A stretch of DNA of 64,000 bases from an uncultured Aminicenantes bacterium (GTDB taxonomy: Bacteria; Acidobacteriota; Aminicenantia; UBA2199): the NCBI GenBank assembly GCA_965195285.1, contig CBDAFS010000039.1, positions 32,001-96,000 on the forward strand, given 5' to 3'. A model generated the notes under the pieces. That model ran no database searches, had not been told where the DNA came from, and worked only from the letters and a program-made list of their open reading frames with translations. Shown one piece after another: positions 62,499 through 64,000 of the stretch (position 1 is its first letter; every line of letters starts with the position of its first letter). The translations under genes were made by a program, and so were the position numbers.

Positions 62499-63086
62499 TT
62501 AATAAAAAACAGATGATACGACTTTGTGTTTGTATTTCTGGTTATTGTGAAGGTAACCATTGTTATATAGATGCAAAGTCTTCAACAGATCTCCCCTGGC
62601 TTCATCATAATATCTCTTCAGAATTTGCATTCCCAAATCAATATTATATTCAATATTAAAAATCCGTAGATTATCAATGTCCAATTCTTCCTTCCACACC
62701 GAGTAATTCACCTGCATCAGGCCATAGGCTCCTTTTGAAGATTTAGCCCGGGGTTTGAAATTGCTCTCAATCTGAATTAAACTCAAAATCAAATTGGGAT
62801 TGAAACCGTATTCCTTACTTTTATAGTAAACCACATCTACAATTTTGGAGAAAACCGAGTATTTTTTCCGGACCACCTTATCTCTGTAGATTAAAAAATC
62901 AACTTTCTCCATCTGAACTTGATGGGTATGCATTTTCTGTTTCATTTTATCAAGCCGGATATTCAGTATTTCAATTTCCTTTTTTCTGTGTTTATTTTCA
63001 ACCGATACATTAAGCAGGTTTGCCGTCAATATGGCTACAATCAAGGTTGAAGATATTAATATAAATATTGTTTTTTTTAAATTCAT
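62499..63086 (-). CDS. Lytic transglycosylase (SLT domain) with N-terminal TM and coiled coil
   Basis: IESNF, GAYGLMQV, NI..G, YN.G. Confidence 0.9.
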   Translation of the reverse strand: MNLKKTIFILISSTLIVAILTANLLNVSVENKHRKKEIEILNIRLDKMKQKMHTHQVQMEKVDFLIYRDKVVRKKYSVFSKIVDVVYYKSKEYGFNPNLILSLIQIESNFKPRAKSSKGAYGLMQVNYSVWKEELDIDNLRIFNIEYNIDLGMQILKRYYDEARGDLLKTLHLYNNGYLHNNQKYKHKVVSSVFY

Positions 63087-63098
63087 TTTTCTACCCCT

Positions 63099-63145
63099 CA
63101 ACTATATATTGTGTATATACTATCATAAAACACTATATATGTCAA
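63099..63145 (-). promoter_or_regulatory. Sigma70 promoter overlapped by tandem NrdR-box-like palindromes
   Basis: TTGACA-N17-TAGTAT on minus; CAACTATATATTGTGT (63099) and ACACTATATATGTCAA (63130), 31 bp apart. Confidence 0.6.
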
Positions 63146-63340
63146 TTTATTTTAATTTTTTTAAAGCCTGAATTCTATCAGTCAAAGGCTGTTTGTGTCA
63201 AGCCAATAACTCCAATAAATTGACCTGAAATTAACCTTGATTTTTGTGATGGTTGCCTTTACAATACGTTCAGAATGAACAAATTACTCAGGCTTAAAAA
63301 CGAAATATGATTTATTACAACCTATCGATAAGGAGTATAC

Positions 63341-64000
63341 ATGAATATTGCCCTAATAAGTGTTTATCATAAAAAAGGTATCGAGACGGTGGCACAAAAA
63401 TTGAAAGATAAGGGATGGAAAATCATTTCCACCGGAGGAACCGCTGAATATCTGAAGAAACATCATGTCGATGTGATCGAAATATCCGATTTGACCCAAT
63501 TTCCGGAAATCCTGGACGGCCGGGTAAAAACCCTGCACCCGCTTGTTTTTGCACCGATTCTGGCTAAAAAAATCGATCATCACTTGCAGCAACTTAAACA
63601 GCTGGATACATCAAAAATCGATCTGGTTATGGTCAATTTCTATCCCTTTGAAGATGCCCTGATAGAAAAACAAAAAGGAATCGATTATATGGTTGAAAAT
63701 ATCGATATCGGGGGTCCTTCAATGGTCAGGGCAGCGGCAAAGAATTTTATGGCCACCATTGTTGTTGTGGACCAGGAAGATTACCTACCCGTGGTTGAAC
63801 AATTAATCATGGATGACGATATCACGACCGATCATCGCAAGGCCCTGGCTCAGAAGGCATTTGCCTATTGTTCATTCTATGATTCACTGATTGCCCGATA
63901 CCTTGATGACGGTTCAGAGTTTTTCCCCCCCTATTTTACCCTGGGAGGCCGCAATAAACTCAAGCTCAGATACGGAGAAAATCCGCATCAAAATGCATCT
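63341..64000 (+). CDS. purH: Bifunctional AICAR transformylase/IMP cyclohydrolase (partial)
   Basis: ALISV, ISTGGT, LDGRVKTLHP, ENIDIGGPSMVRAAAKN, LRYGENPHQ; AAGGAG SD. Confidence 0.96.
   Translation, partial: MNIALISVYHKKGIETVAQKLKDKGWKIISTGGTAEYLKKHHVDVIEISDLTQFPEILDGRVKTLHPLVFAPILAKKIDHHLQQLKQLDTSKIDLVMVNFYPFEDALIEKQKGIDYMVENIDIGGPSMVRAAAKNFMATIVVVDQEDYLPVVEQLIMDDDITTDHRKALAQKAFAYCSFYDSLIARYLDDGSEFFPPYFTLGGRNKLKLRYGENPHQNAS

Noticed and set aside
63150-63340. Possible ZTP or purine riboswitch upstream of purH
   Set aside because: No consensus elements recognisable

Overview
Bacterial chromosomal window, moderately AT-rich. The lineage is Gram-negative-like, possibly Ca. Aminicenantes/Acidobacteriota (inference only). 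Left to right: (1) an AT-rich Wzm/Wzt polysaccharide operon (1-6940, minus) preceded by an ops-like GGCGGTAG, with a methyltransferase-radical SAM fusion and a frameshifted epimerase; (2) core genes ftsB, PMM, rseP-dxr-cdsA-uppS, tag, ispD, rpmE-prfA-prmC, a priA-like gene, udg, split coaB/coaC, gmk, yicC, msbA, pssA/psd, a serA-like gene and queF; (3) a LIV-type ABC operon interrupted by a 2TM protein, an unannotated 52-aa peptide and a divergent isoprenyl-synthase-fold enzyme; (4) a divergent AT-rich five-gene candidate defence operon: C5 methyltransferase, GHKL-histidine kinase, receiver protein, HNH nuclease and Mig-like glycosylase; (5) C69 dipeptidase, DAK2-DegV and GT4; (6) a GC-richer SynChlorMet-type RiPP cluster with a PqqD/RRE protein, two radical SAM/SPASM enzymes, a precursor with six 10-aa CxxG repeats and an HPrK-like protein, ending in a truncated peptidase stub; (7) etfBA, a long-loop inverted repeat, an SLT gene with tandem NrdR-like boxes, and the start of purH. 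No tRNA, rRNA, CRISPR array or transposase was seen. All family calls come from motif reading; no database search was run.
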